A stretch of 64,000 nucleotides of DNA. Origin: an uncultured Bdellovibrionales bacterium (GTDB lineage Bacteria > Bdellovibrionota > UBA1018 > CAIPTA01). The DNA lies in NCBI GenBank assembly GCA_964551325.1, contig CAZKBU010000001.1:385184-449183 (forward strand), given 5' to 3'. Of the stretch, positions 1 through 9,219 are shown in pieces. Position numbers and translations under genes: made by a program. Position 1 is the first letter of the stretch. Each line of letters begins with the position of its first letter. The notes under the pieces are model-generated. The model ran no database searches. It had not been told where the DNA came from and saw only the letters and a program-made list of their open reading frames with translations.

Positions 1-870
1 AGCCACAGCTTCATGCACATCTACGCCATTGAGTCTCGGGCTTATCCGCTTTGGGCTTCGCTGAGCGTGGTGCACTTTCTGTTGTTTTGGCGCTCGGTTA
101 CGGCCGGCCTCTCTCGCCGCGAGTGGTGGGGCTACGGAATTGTTTGCGCCCTGCTTGCCCTCACCACCTATGCCTCTCTGATTCAGATCGGATCAGGGCT
201 TGGGCTATTGGTATTTTCGAAACTGATTCGCAAAGAGCGAGTGGAATGGGCGCAAGCCGTCGCGATAGGCGCGGTCACGGTCTTCCTCATCGGCTACTAC
301 CTTCTGAGGATGGACAAGGCGAACTTCTCGCCTCCCACCTGGGAGATGTATTTCGAGTCGGTGAAGGAGCTTCTCGCCAAGAGCTTCCATCACTCCCGAT
401 TCACAGGCGTCTATGTAACGGGACCCCTGCTTCTCTTCCTGGTGCCCTGGTGGCGCCGCCACACTCGCGGCGTTGTGGAAACCTGGTGCTTTGTGTGGCT
501 TCACTTGGCCTCTACCTTGATGCTTTTTCTTGCTTCCCGAGCAGCCAACGGAATCTGGGGCAGCCGCTACGTAACTTATCTCATCCCATCCCTCACCTGG
601 TGTTACTTCCTGGGGATCTCGCAGCTTTCGGCCTGGCTCGCTACGCGAAGCCCTCGCCTAAAGATCGCTCATCTCCTGCTCGTTCTTGCGTTGTTTGAAA
701 TGGGGACGCGCGCCTGGAAAATCGGGAAGAATGTTCCAGAAGATCTTTCGCGGTTTAGCAAAAGAAACTCCATTAGTCTTACCACCGTGCCAGGATGCGA
801 TGAGCGACTCCCCCATGATCCTGAGCCATTTGAGCGCCTCAACAACCTGTGCCGAGGAATTTCCGAATGA
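1..870 (+). CDS. Polytopic membrane protein, 5'-partial (reading frame is open to the window edge). Possibly a fragment of a GT-C type glycosyltransferase.
   Basis: ORF 13..870 has no in-frame stop upstream to position 1. It carries multiple hydrophobic helices and sits immediately upstream of the GT2/GT-C glycosylation genes. Confidence 0.4.
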   Translation, partial: SHSFMHIYAIESRAYPLWASLSVVHFLLFWRSVTAGLSRREWWGYGIVCALLALTTYASLIQIGSGLGLLVFSKLIRKERVEWAQAVAIGAVTVFLIGYYLLRMDKANFSPPTWEMYFESVKELLAKSFHHSRFTGVYVTGPLLLFLVPWWRRHTRGVVETWCFVWLHLASTLMLFLASRAANGIWGSRYVTYLIPSLTWCYFLGISQLSAWLATRSPRLKIAHLLLVLALFEMGTRAWKIGKNVPEDLSRFSKRNSISLTTVPGCDERLPHDPEPFERLNNLCRGISE

Positions 871-1817
871 TTTCCCGAATTCGCCTTGTGCTCCCCACTT
901 ATAACGATGGCCCATCGCTGGAAGCTCTCTTGAAGAGAATCGATCTGGTAGCGGAAAAAATGAAGAATGAGGAAATTCACGTCACCGTGGTCAACGATGC
1001 ATCCACCGAGACCGTGCAACCCAAAGGCGTGTGGTCGCATCTACGCAGCGTAGAAGTGGTGGACCTCGTAGCAAATTTCGGACATCAACGGGCTCTCGCC
1101 TGCGGAATGGGTTTAGCTGCCACGAGAAATGACTTCGACGCCCTCATTTTAATGGATGGCGACGGCGAGGATCTTCCGGAAGATATTCCGCTTTTGGTTT
1201 CGGCTCATGTTTCGAACCCCCACAAGATTGTGGTCGCCCGCAGGACCAAGCGCTCCGAGGGCCTTAGCTTTCGCCTGAGCTACTTTGTGTACAAGTGGAT
1301 CTTCCGTCTGGCCACGGGGCGAAAAATCAACTTCGGAAATTTCATGTTGATTCCCGCCGCCATGGCAGACCAGCTCCTGCATTCCCAGCACACAGGGAGC
1401 CACATCGCCGCGGCCGTGACCCGCCTCCGCACTCCCATTCACTCTGTTGGCGTGGCCCGAGGACACAGAATCGACGGACGCTCTCAGATGAATTACGTCT
1501 CCCTCGTGCTTCACGGGCTCAGCGCCATCAGCGTATTTTCTGAAACCGTTCTTACGCGTGCGCTTCTATTTCTCGGATCGCTCGCCGGACTGGGCGCCTT
1601 AGCGATGCTCGTGGTCGCAGGAATTAGGGCTCTAACGGATCTCGCAGTTCCCGGTTGGGCCACCTACGTTTCCCTGGCCCTTCTCGCCCTGATTTTTCAG
1701 GCCTTAATGGGCGCCCTGTTTCTTACGTTCCTCAGTCTCGCACTTCGGCAAATTCCAGCGTGGATTCCAGCTCTTCACGCAAACGGAGCCATCAAGGGCC
1801 AGCGGCGCCTGAAGTAA
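849..1817 (+). CDS. GT2 family polyprenyl-phosphate glycosyltransferase (GtrB/ArnC/DPM1-like).
   Basis: N-terminal LVLPTYND and a DGDGED (DXD) motif are typical of GT2. The C-terminal pair of TM helices is typical of GtrB/ArnC-like bactoprenol-sugar synthases. The start could be the internal Met at 867. Confidence 0.8.
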   Translation: MPRNFRMISRIRLVLPTYNDGPSLEALLKRIDLVAEKMKNEEIHVTVVNDASTETVQPKGVWSHLRSVEVVDLVANFGHQRALACGMGLAATRNDFDALILMDGDGEDLPEDIPLLVSAHVSNPHKIVVARRTKRSEGLSFRLSYFVYKWIFRLATGRKINFGNFMLIPAAMADQLLHSQHTGSHIAAAVTRLRTPIHSVGVARGHRIDGRSQMNYVSLVLHGLSAISVFSETVLTRALLFLGSLAGLGALAMLVVAGIRALTDLAVPGWATYVSLALLALIFQALMGALFLTFLSLALRQIPAWIPALHANGAIKGQRRLK

Positions 1818-3294
1818 GCCAGTACACCACGTATCCGTTCCACTCTTCCCGCTGGAGCCGGGGCAAACGCTTTCGTTCCACTGTTTCCATGTGGCCGTGA
1901 AGCGGAGTGCCCACACGAGTGATCCAAAATGGGCGCGTACCCACATTCCAAAAATCTGCAATGCGGTGGGGTGCCGTCTTCACCACCTCGTCGAAAACGA
2001 TTCTTTGCGGCATCCGGGCAAACACCTGATGAACCCAGTCGTCGTCGGTGTAGAAATGGGTCGAGCCCTGAAACCAGTCACGGGATTTGATTCTTTGCCA
2101 AAGCTCTTGATGAGGCGGGCGGTTCCAGTCGCCGAAGCTGCGGATGATTTTCATGGGCAGAAGCGCAACCATTGCCGCCAGCACGAGACCGAGCGCCGTC
2201 TTTGCATGAGCCGCCTCCACTTTATCGGCCAATCGTTGCAACGCCATCGCCTGGAGAAAAATCAGAAAGAGATAAGTGGAGCCGATGTAACGATCATCAA
2301 GAGGAGTTACGGCGAACATCAGTGTTAATAGATAAATCACGGAGAAATGCCCAAGTAGCCCGGCCACCGCAAACCAAGGCTTTACGCGCCCCCCAATTAG
2401 AGGCCACAGCGAGAAAGCGGAAACGGCGGCAAGAAACCAAACACTACCCAAACCCCAGCGTTGGAGCGTGTGTTCAAACGGTGTCCACAACCGATCCCAC
2501 AGAAAAAACGTGGGCTGATAGTGCCCGGCGTTTTTTCCAGTCATCAGTCGGTTTCGAATCATCCACAGAATTACCGGCGCGATTCCCACGAATCCCGTGA
2601 GCACGAGCCGTAGCCCGGCGCCGATCCAGCCACGCTCCTTCGCGAATTTCCACAAAGGGAAAAGAAAAAACACCGCATTGGCCAATCCGTTCCATCGAAC
2701 CGAGGACACAAGAAAAAGAAGGATCCATGCCGTCCACGCGTCTCTGCGGTTCCAGCCGCGATCCCGCAGGTCGAAACATTTGATAAACACCCCCAACGAA
2801 AGCGCGGTGAACAGCGTTTCCGTGAGCAAGGAAGGGAACATGTAGACGTAGGTGGGAAACACACACAAAAAAAGCAGCACCCCAAGACGAACCAGCGCAC
2901 TCAGGCCAAGCCGAAGCCCCGCCTCCCGCACCATCCAACAGAACAGAATGATCGCTACCGATTGGGCCACCATGGCGCTCGCCATCGAATCGCGAATAAA
3001 AAAGTAAAATGCGGCCAAATAAAGGGCGAATCCTGGGGGATAGATCGCATAGATCTCCCGCTCCGGCAGGTAGGAATAGGAAGGCCAGTTAGTCCAGATA
3101 AAGAGCGTACCGTGATCCACGAGATTCATCGCGGCGGTGAGATATTGGGCCGAATCCGGAGAGATAATGAAAATGTCTACCCAGCGCGATACGAGAAATG
3201 CGCAACCCAGCCCGAATCCCGCGAGCTCCAGAAATTTTTCGTGGCGCTGGAACCACTCCACCAGCCTCTGCCAGCGAACCGCGTAGGAATTCAT
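1792..3294 (-). CDS. GT-C superfamily glycosyltransferase (ArnT/PMT-like, GT39/GT83 family), a 500 aa polytopic membrane protein.
   Basis: About 11 TM helices with the N-terminal loop pattern of ArnT/PMT-family lipid-linked sugar transferases. It lies next to the GT2 polyprenyl-P-sugar synthase. Confidence 0.7.
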   Translation of the reverse strand: MNSYAVRWQRLVEWFQRHEKFLELAGFGLGCAFLVSRWVDIFIISPDSAQYLTAAMNLVDHGTLFIWTNWPSYSYLPEREIYAIYPPGFALYLAAFYFFIRDSMASAMVAQSVAIILFCWMVREAGLRLGLSALVRLGVLLFLCVFPTYVYMFPSLLTETLFTALSLGVFIKCFDLRDRGWNRRDAWTAWILLFLVSSVRWNGLANAVFFLFPLWKFAKERGWIGAGLRLVLTGFVGIAPVILWMIRNRLMTGKNAGHYQPTFFLWDRLWTPFEHTLQRWGLGSVWFLAAVSAFSLWPLIGGRVKPWFAVAGLLGHFSVIYLLTLMFAVTPLDDRYIGSTYLFLIFLQAMALQRLADKVEAAHAKTALGLVLAAMVALLPMKIIRSFGDWNRPPHQELWQRIKSRDWFQGSTHFYTDDDWVHQVFARMPQRIVFDEVVKTAPHRIADFWNVGTRPFWITRVGTPLHGHMETVERKRLPRLQREEWNGYVVYWLTSGAAGP

Positions 3295-3899
3295 TCGACC
3301 TTGAGAATTTGGATCAAACCATTGAGAAGATGAATCTGGCGGTAACAGTCGAAAACCGCCTCGTGTCGAGTGCCTTCGATTTTCGGTCCCAGCTTCTCCG
3401 CTTCCTTGAGAAGTTTGTTGATCTCATTATGACCCTTCACGTTCGCCGCCAACTGCAGGGCGCCGCTGATTTCGTAAACGCGATAATGGCAATCGCCTAC
3501 CAGCTTGTCATTTTCGTAACGAGCGGGAACGATGTAGCCGTGGTGGGCGAGAAACGGAATGTCGAAAATCCCGGCGTTCCATCCTGCGAAAAAAATATTC
3601 GGAGGACGCGAACCGCCATCGGCACAAAACTGAAGAATACGCGCCCTCACCTCGTCCGACGAAAGGCGTGGCTCCTTGTTGCATCGCTCATAGATCTCCT
3701 TCATATGATCCTGAGCGAACTTGGTGGTGGGTTTTCTCGACGTCCCCTGAAAAAGACTGAACTCTCGGCCCGCCTCCCACTTTCCGTCCTTGAATTTCAT
3801 CTCCACCAAAGCGATCTGCAGCACCTCCTCGTGCGCCGGGTCAATTCCGGTGGTCTCGATGTCGAGCATGAACATACTGTTGGGAATCGGAGCTGCCAT
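3291..3899 (-). CDS. DEDDh-family 3'-5' exonuclease (DnaQ-like domain protein).
   Basis: The MLDIETTG Exo I motif is near the N-terminus and a later H-x4-D motif is present. Length is 202 aa. Confidence 0.7.
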   Translation of the reverse strand: MAAPIPNSMFMLDIETTGIDPAHEEVLQIALVEMKFKDGKWEAGREFSLFQGTSRKPTTKFAQDHMKEIYERCNKEPRLSSDEVRARILQFCADGGSRPPNIFFAGWNAGIFDIPFLAHHGYIVPARYENDKLVGDCHYRVYEISGALQLAANVKGHNEINKLLKEAEKLGPKIEGTRHEAVFDCYRQIHLLNGLIQILKVE

Positions 3900-3962
3900 G
3901 GGAATGGTTATAGCGAAGGGTCACAGATTGAGCAAAGCAACCGCGCCAGATATAACCCTTGA

Positions 3963-4724
3963 ATGCCCCAATCGACCGTACCCTTCGAACTTTCCGCCCT
4001 GGCCGAGGCCCATAACTACAATGGATGGATCCGCGACCTGGTGATGCCTCACATTGGGCGGCGCATCCTTGAACTCGGGGCCGGGATCGGAAACATGAGC
4101 GCTCACCTTCCGGCCCGGGAACTCCTCGTGCTTTCCGAGGCCGACACCTCGCTCCTGAGAATGTTGAAAGAAACGGTGGAAGCCTCTTTTGGAATGGCCG
4201 CCGTGAACGACGGGCGAGTGCGCGTGGCCCCCCTCGACCTCGCACACCCAGTGAGCAGCCAACTTCAGGGATGCGACTTCGACACCGTGGTGAGCTTCAA
4301 TGTTTTTGAACACATCGCCGACGATGTGACCGCGATGAAAGAGGTTGTGGAATTGTTGCGAGCCTCGAAAGCTCCCGGCCCAAAACGAATCCTCACCTTC
4401 GTGCCCGCTCACCAGTGGGCCTTCGGCACTCTCGACGAAGTGTTCGGGCACCACCGCCGCTATTCGAAGAAATCGTTTCTTGAGGTTTTGCGGAAGGCCG
4501 GGGTGCGGCCGGAAAATGTGAAGTGCGCCCGCTATTTCAACGCAGTAAGCGTGCCGGGCTGGATCGTCACCACGAAAATTCTGCGACGCCGGAAATTTGA
4601 TCCGGTTCCTTTGAAAACCTTCAACGCGCTGGTGCCCGTGCTGCGCCCGGTAGACAACTTCCTGACCGAAAAATTAGGCCTTCCCCTGGGTCAAAGCCTG
4701 TTCGTCGTGGCCACGGTGGAATGA
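3963..4724 (+). CDS. Class I SAM-dependent methyltransferase.
   Basis: ILELGAGIGN glycine-rich motif I and a downstream acidic motif II-like segment. Length is 253 aa. Confidence 0.65.
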   Translation: MPQSTVPFELSALAEAHNYNGWIRDLVMPHIGRRILELGAGIGNMSAHLPARELLVLSEADTSLLRMLKETVEASFGMAAVNDGRVRVAPLDLAHPVSSQLQGCDFDTVVSFNVFEHIADDVTAMKEVVELLRASKAPGPKRILTFVPAHQWAFGTLDEVFGHHRRYSKKSFLEVLRKAGVRPENVKCARYFNAVSVPGWIVTTKILRRRKFDPVPLKTFNALVPVLRPVDNFLTEKLGLPLGQSLFVVATVE

Positions 4725-5950
4725 AAAATCCGCTGAATCTCGCTCTGATTCTTCTCTCTCTCGGCACGGTGCTGTTCGTTGCCCTCTTACGCCCCCACGG
4801 CTTTCAGTGGGACCTCTTGGTTTTCTATCGCGCGGGGCTTGCGTGGCGCAATGGCCTAAACCCTTACGACTTTCAACAGCTGATCACCGCAGGGCTTATC
4901 GATCGTCCCGCTGAATTTCTCACCTTCACTTATCTTCCCTTTCTGGCGGCGGTCTTTGCCCCACTTTCATTCGTATCCTTTTCCGTGGCGGCGGCGCTTT
5001 GGATCGCGATCAAAGGTCTGTTTTTCGCCCTCTTCTGGAAATCGGCTACGGTGTTTCATCGATTCGACCGATCATCGACCCTGGATCTTTGCGTGCTAGT
5101 GCTCGGTTTCAACTCCGCACTTTTCTCCGATCTACTTTCCGGAAACACTTCGATCATTCTCTGGGCGCTTCTCTGGTGGGCCATTCGGCTAATATGGAGC
5201 GAGAAATTCTGGACGAGTGCTTTCTTGATAGGGTGCGCAGCCACTGTGAAGCTGCAACCAATTCTGCTATTGGCACTTCTTATTTTTGTGCCGAAAAAGC
5301 CAAAGTGGGGACCCGCCATAGGTGGCGTCACGGCCTTCGTTTTGGTGATCATGGCAAACGCGCTGCTCTGGCCGGAAATGTTCCAGTTGTTCCTGCATGA
5401 AGTTCGGCAACGCGCGGCCCTCGAAAGAGGAATTTTAGCTCCTTCCCTTTTCGCACTCTGTTCCGACGCGTTTGACCAATGGAAAAACATCTCCGTAGTG
5501 CCAGAAGCTTGGAAACAACTCAGTGGATGGTTTCCCGTAGCTCTATATGCAGTTTTTTCGTTACCCATTGCGGGGCTCACAGTTCATCGCCTCCGCCGGT
5601 CTCAGACTTTGGAAACGTCTCCGCACTTGGGTGTGGCGTTAGTCCTCCTCGGTTGGATTTTGTTGGTTCCCCGCCTCAAGTCCTACGACTTCGTCCTTCT
5701 GCTTCCGGTGGCAGCCTGGGTTTTGAAAAATTCCGTTGGCACCGCCAGGCACCTTCTCGCTGCTTTGATTCTGATCCCGGTGCTGATCCCTATTGTGCAG
5801 GGACCCGTGGAGATTTTTTCGGTAGCCCAGCTCGGAGTGACCAAGAAACTTTTCTATCTCATCTATAGTTACCTCCCCTGGTTTGCCGCCCTTGGCCTTT
5901 GGTGGCAGCTCATTCGAGCGGAACGTGATTTCAATAAGTTACCCGGCTAG
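4721..5950 (+). CDS. Polytopic membrane protein, DUF2029/GT87-like putative polyprenyl-P-sugar dependent glycosyltransferase.
   Basis: 409 aa with about 10 TM helices and a topology reminiscent of GT87/DUF2029 mannosyltransferases. A 4-nt overlap with the upstream methyltransferase suggests an operon. Confidence 0.45.
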   Translation: MKNPLNLALILLSLGTVLFVALLRPHGFQWDLLVFYRAGLAWRNGLNPYDFQQLITAGLIDRPAEFLTFTYLPFLAAVFAPLSFVSFSVAAALWIAIKGLFFALFWKSATVFHRFDRSSTLDLCVLVLGFNSALFSDLLSGNTSIILWALLWWAIRLIWSEKFWTSAFLIGCAATVKLQPILLLALLIFVPKKPKWGPAIGGVTAFVLVIMANALLWPEMFQLFLHEVRQRAALERGILAPSLFALCSDAFDQWKNISVVPEAWKQLSGWFPVALYAVFSLPIAGLTVHRLRRSQTLETSPHLGVALVLLGWILLVPRLKSYDFVLLLPVAAWVLKNSVGTARHLLAALILIPVLIPIVQGPVEIFSVAQLGVTKKLFYLIYSYLPWFAALGLWWQLIRAERDFNKLPG

Positions 5951-6147
5951 CGCCTCACCCCTTCCCCCTCCCGAACGCTCAAGTCGGCCAGGTTTAACAG
6001 GAGCATTTGCCAAACCCCGTGCCACCGGCCGAGAGATCTACACTGGTCTTATATGCCTGAAATCACGCTGTTTTTTCGTGTGTCAGCCGGATCTACAGGG
6101 CCGAAGCGTAAAGATTTTCGACAGTAACAGTGTAAAGCAATTGAGTA

Positions 6148-6176
6148 TTTACAAGGGGTTCGCACCGCGTTAAAAC
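6148..6176 (+). promoter_or_regulatory. Candidate sigma70-type promoter (TTTACA-N17-TAAAAC) for the small peptide gene.
   Basis: Read directly from the sequence: TTTACA at 6148-6153, a 17-nt spacer and TAAAAC at 6171-6176. It lies about 77 nt upstream of the ATG at 6253. Confidence 0.3.
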
Positions 6177-6252
6177 TGGCCCCGCTGTTGCGATACCTCT
6201 TTGCAAACAAAGCGGTACGTAAGCAGCAAACAAAGTAAGAAGGACCCAACCC

Positions 6253-6381
6253 ATGAAGAAGATCATCACCGCTGTAATGGTACTCGCTGGAATCTGGTTC
6301 GCCGCTAACTACACCGTGAAGGTGGAAATCTCCGCTAACCAAGCGCAGGCAGATTGCGGAGAAGAAAACGGCTGCCGATAA
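6253..6381 (+). CDS. Small 42 aa peptide MKKIITAVMVLAGIWFAANYTVKVEISANQAQADCGEENGCR. It has an N-terminal hydrophobic (signal or TM-like) segment and a C-terminal C-x5-C motif.
   Basis: Hand-translated because it is below the ORF-track length cutoff. AAGGA Shine-Dalgarno sequence 8 nt upstream of the ATG. The stop lies 1 nt from the stop of the convergent cyclase gene. A paralogue exists at 45375..45500. Confidence 0.5.
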   Translation: MKKIITAVMVLAGIWFAANYTVKVEISANQAQADCGEENGCR

Positions 6382-6382
6382 G

Positions 6383-8434
6383 TTAGGCGGAAATTTTTCC
6401 GGTCTTTACTTGGCCGGATAGTTCGAAAAAGAAAAGGTCTCGGGTGCCCACATCGCGCACCGAGGCCTTTTCTCTTTTAAGAAGCTCAAATCTTCCCTTG
6501 GCCCCAAAGACGAGTTTCTCTTCCAGCACAAGCACAGATTTTGACTTCTCGCAGAGAGCCTTTTCACATTCCAAAATTCGCGCCACATCTTTAAACCCGG
6601 TTTCTCCCGGCGCATCTTCAAAATCCTCGAAGCGCTTTCCAGAAACGGTTTTATAGATGGGATGAATGCCGCCCGCTACGAGGGCTGCCCGAAAATGAAT
6701 GGGCGCGCCGGATTCCTTTTCAAATTCCACGCCCATCTTTTCCATCGCCTGGAGCGCATCGAGCGCCTTAGTCAACACCTGCGCCGACTCACCGGGGAAA
6801 AATCCAAAAAACGAATCACCGCCACTCGAAATGTGCTCACCGCCATGGGCCTTCATCACCCCGGTGGCCGCCTCACACCAGCGAGTGGGAAGTTTTGTGG
6901 CGAGGCCTTTTTCGGCGCTCACATCATAGAGCCTGCTCGAAGCTTTCAAATCCACATGAAGCAAAATTCCTTGGAACACGCGCTGCTCTTTAGCCATCGG
7001 ATCGTGAAAGCGGGAGCCCACCAAAGTTTCTTGCACGAAATCGAATTCGCGATAGTCGCGAAAGATAAAGGCGCCCAAGATGGCAACCAGCAAAAACTGC
7101 AGAGGCCGGTGATAAACTGCCTGCAATCCGATCAAACCATTTCCAAGGAGCCCAGTTTGAATCAAATACATTCCGAAAATAAACCCCAACACAACCCCAA
7201 ATTGCACCGTCCGCTTGGCTCGCAATTCCATCTTGCGGTCACCACCCCGACCCAATGCCAGGCGCTTTACAAATTCTGCTTGTGAAAAGCACGCCAGCGC
7301 ACCTACAAAATACATGAAAGGCACAAGCCACTTCGCTAACTGAGCGCTCAGGAAAAAGAAATCGCTCCCCTGTGTGGCCGATCGATAGGCCACCGTGAAG
7401 GCGATGAGCCCCACACCAAAGACCCAATAAACTGTATCTTTCCTCGCTCGGGCATAAGCAAGACCAAGAACCGCACCCAAAACTCCTTCTGAAAACCTGA
7501 GCCCGAGATCCGTGAGGTAGAAATCCGAAATCGACATCGTCCACTTCACCACGCCCCAATGCATGATCTGAATCGCGCACAAGCAAAGCGCAAACAAGCT
7601 AAACGCCAGATACTCCGCCCGATCGGGTACGCTCGCCCACAAAAACAAGAACACTGCGAAAACCACCAGACCCGTGATCCCAAAGGCCAAGGGCCGCGCA
7701 ATCGTGGTGGTCACCCACAAGTTTCTAAAATCCTTCGCACCCTGCTGAGAAAACACTCCAGTGGGATAGGGCGCACCCACCGCCAGCGGCCACGCGGATC
7801 CCAAAGTATGCGTAACCTCCACCGCCACGAGCACACCGCTCGCGCGAGCCCAGTCGGCAGGAGTCAAAGCAAAAGAAACAGGAAGGAAATCATTCCCGTC
7901 ACCAGAACGGCGAATGTCCCCGTTCACGTAAATCCGATAGGTCGCATTGATGTGACCCACCACCACGTCCCAGGCCTCGCCACCAAACGGTCCGCGCCAG
8001 CGCGATCCGTCGAGCCAATAGCCCGCCCAGAAGCGTGTGCCCTGGGCGGCACGGGCGCGCATTGTGAAATCCTTATCCGCCAACGAAGCCTTGGCCGTTC
8101 GCAGCGGCGAACTCACGGGTGAAGCGTAACAACTCGCGCCACCGCCACACTCCGGTCCGCCATCCCAAACCACCATCCAATCGGCGCGGGGGATCTCCAA
8201 AGCCGGCCGCGACGCGAATGCCTCTTCAAAAAACTTTTTGATCGGCGCGGTGAATCCGAGCGCGATCACCGCCACTAAAAAAAACAGCATGGCAAAATCC
8301 ACCATGCGGCCGCGGCGCACGTATTCCCGCCAGTCCACGCCCTTGGGCCGAGCCAATAGCTCACCGATTCGATAGAGGGGCTCGCGTACAAATCGAAAGA
8401 AATTCATGCCTCTTCTCATCGGAATTCCGAGCAT
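6383..8434 (-). CDS. 7TM-DISM receptor fused to a class III adenylate/guanylate cyclase domain.
   Basis: N-terminal TM helix, an extracellular domain of about 200 aa, a 7-TM block, then a C-terminal cyclase-like domain (HVD..., GGDSF, RAALVAGG). The ORF-track start at 8647 would overlap the nitroreductase gene, so a Met near 8434/8419/8407 is the more likely start. Confidence 0.7.
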   Translation of the reverse strand: MLGIPMRRGMNFFRFVREPLYRIGELLARPKGVDWREYVRRGRMVDFAMLFFLVAVIALGFTAPIKKFFEEAFASRPALEIPRADWMVVWDGGPECGGGASCYASPVSSPLRTAKASLADKDFTMRARAAQGTRFWAGYWLDGSRWRGPFGGEAWDVVVGHINATYRIYVNGDIRRSGDGNDFLPVSFALTPADWARASGVLVAVEVTHTLGSAWPLAVGAPYPTGVFSQQGAKDFRNLWVTTTIARPLAFGITGLVVFAVFLFLWASVPDRAEYLAFSLFALCLCAIQIMHWGVVKWTMSISDFYLTDLGLRFSEGVLGAVLGLAYARARKDTVYWVFGVGLIAFTVAYRSATQGSDFFFLSAQLAKWLVPFMYFVGALACFSQAEFVKRLALGRGGDRKMELRAKRTVQFGVVLGFIFGMYLIQTGLLGNGLIGLQAVYHRPLQFLLVAILGAFIFRDYREFDFVQETLVGSRFHDPMAKEQRVFQGILLHVDLKASSRLYDVSAEKGLATKLPTRWCEAATGVMKAHGGEHISSGGDSFFGFFPGESAQVLTKALDALQAMEKMGVEFEKESGAPIHFRAALVAGGIHPIYKTVSGKRFEDFEDAPGETGFKDVARILECEKALCEKSKSVLVLEEKLVFGAKGRFELLKREKASVRDVGTRDLFFFELSGQVKTGKISA

Positions 8435-8517
8435 CCGACTCAAATCTTGCCTCAATTCTTTCCGAAGAAACCCGACTGATCTACACGGGTCCGTGACCCT
8501 CGTGGTATAAACGCGCC

Positions 8518-9111
8518 ATGGCCGCCGACCAACGCTCGATTTACGACCTGATTCGCTCCCGTCGCAGCATCCGCAGCTACGTGCAGGGAAAGCCCATTCC
8601 CCCGGAAATGCTCGATCGCGTGCTCGAAGCGGGTCTCTGGGCCGCATCGGGTAAGAATCAGCAGAACTGGCGATTCTTTGTTCTCTCCGGCCGGAAGAGA
8701 GACGAATACCTCTCCCTCTCCCAGAAGAGCTGGCTCTCGATCAAAGACAATCTCGAAAAACGCCTCAAGCCGAGTCTCTACAAATTCACGGAGCGTTTCT
8801 TTTTCACCATGGGCGATGCACCGGTGGTGGTCATTGCGTTCGCCGATCTCAACGATCAGGACCATCCGCAAACCCAGATGGGGAATGTGTATCTCGCCGT
8901 GGACAACATGGTGCTCGCCGCTCAAAGCGAGGGCCTCGGGAGTTGCATTCTTGGAAGTCCGCTGGAGATCGAGAGCGACGTGCGCAAGTTCCTCGGCGTC
9001 ACCCAGCGGAACTGGAAGCTGATCTGCGGACTCACGGTCGGCTGGCCGAACCATGAGCCACCGACGCCTAGCCGACAGACAGAAGGCCGGATCATTCGCC
9101 TCGCGGACTAA
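8518..9111 (+). CDS. Nitroreductase family protein.
   Basis: RSIRSY motif, 197 aa, typical NfsB/NfnB-like fold signature. Confidence 0.8.
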   Translation: MAADQRSIYDLIRSRRSIRSYVQGKPIPPEMLDRVLEAGLWAASGKNQQNWRFFVLSGRKRDEYLSLSQKSWLSIKDNLEKRLKPSLYKFTERFFFTMGDAPVVVIAFADLNDQDHPQTQMGNVYLAVDNMVLAAQSEGLGSCILGSPLEIESDVRKFLGVTQRNWKLICGLTVGWPNHEPPTPSRQTEGRIIRLAD

Positions 9112-9219
9112 GACAAGACCGCGAGCAATACCCGCCACCGTGTATCGGCTCGTCCTACACTTCTCCCTCACCTTGGCATCGGCCGCTTCCGATGAGAAAA
9201 AGGGGAGAGGCCGAAGCTC

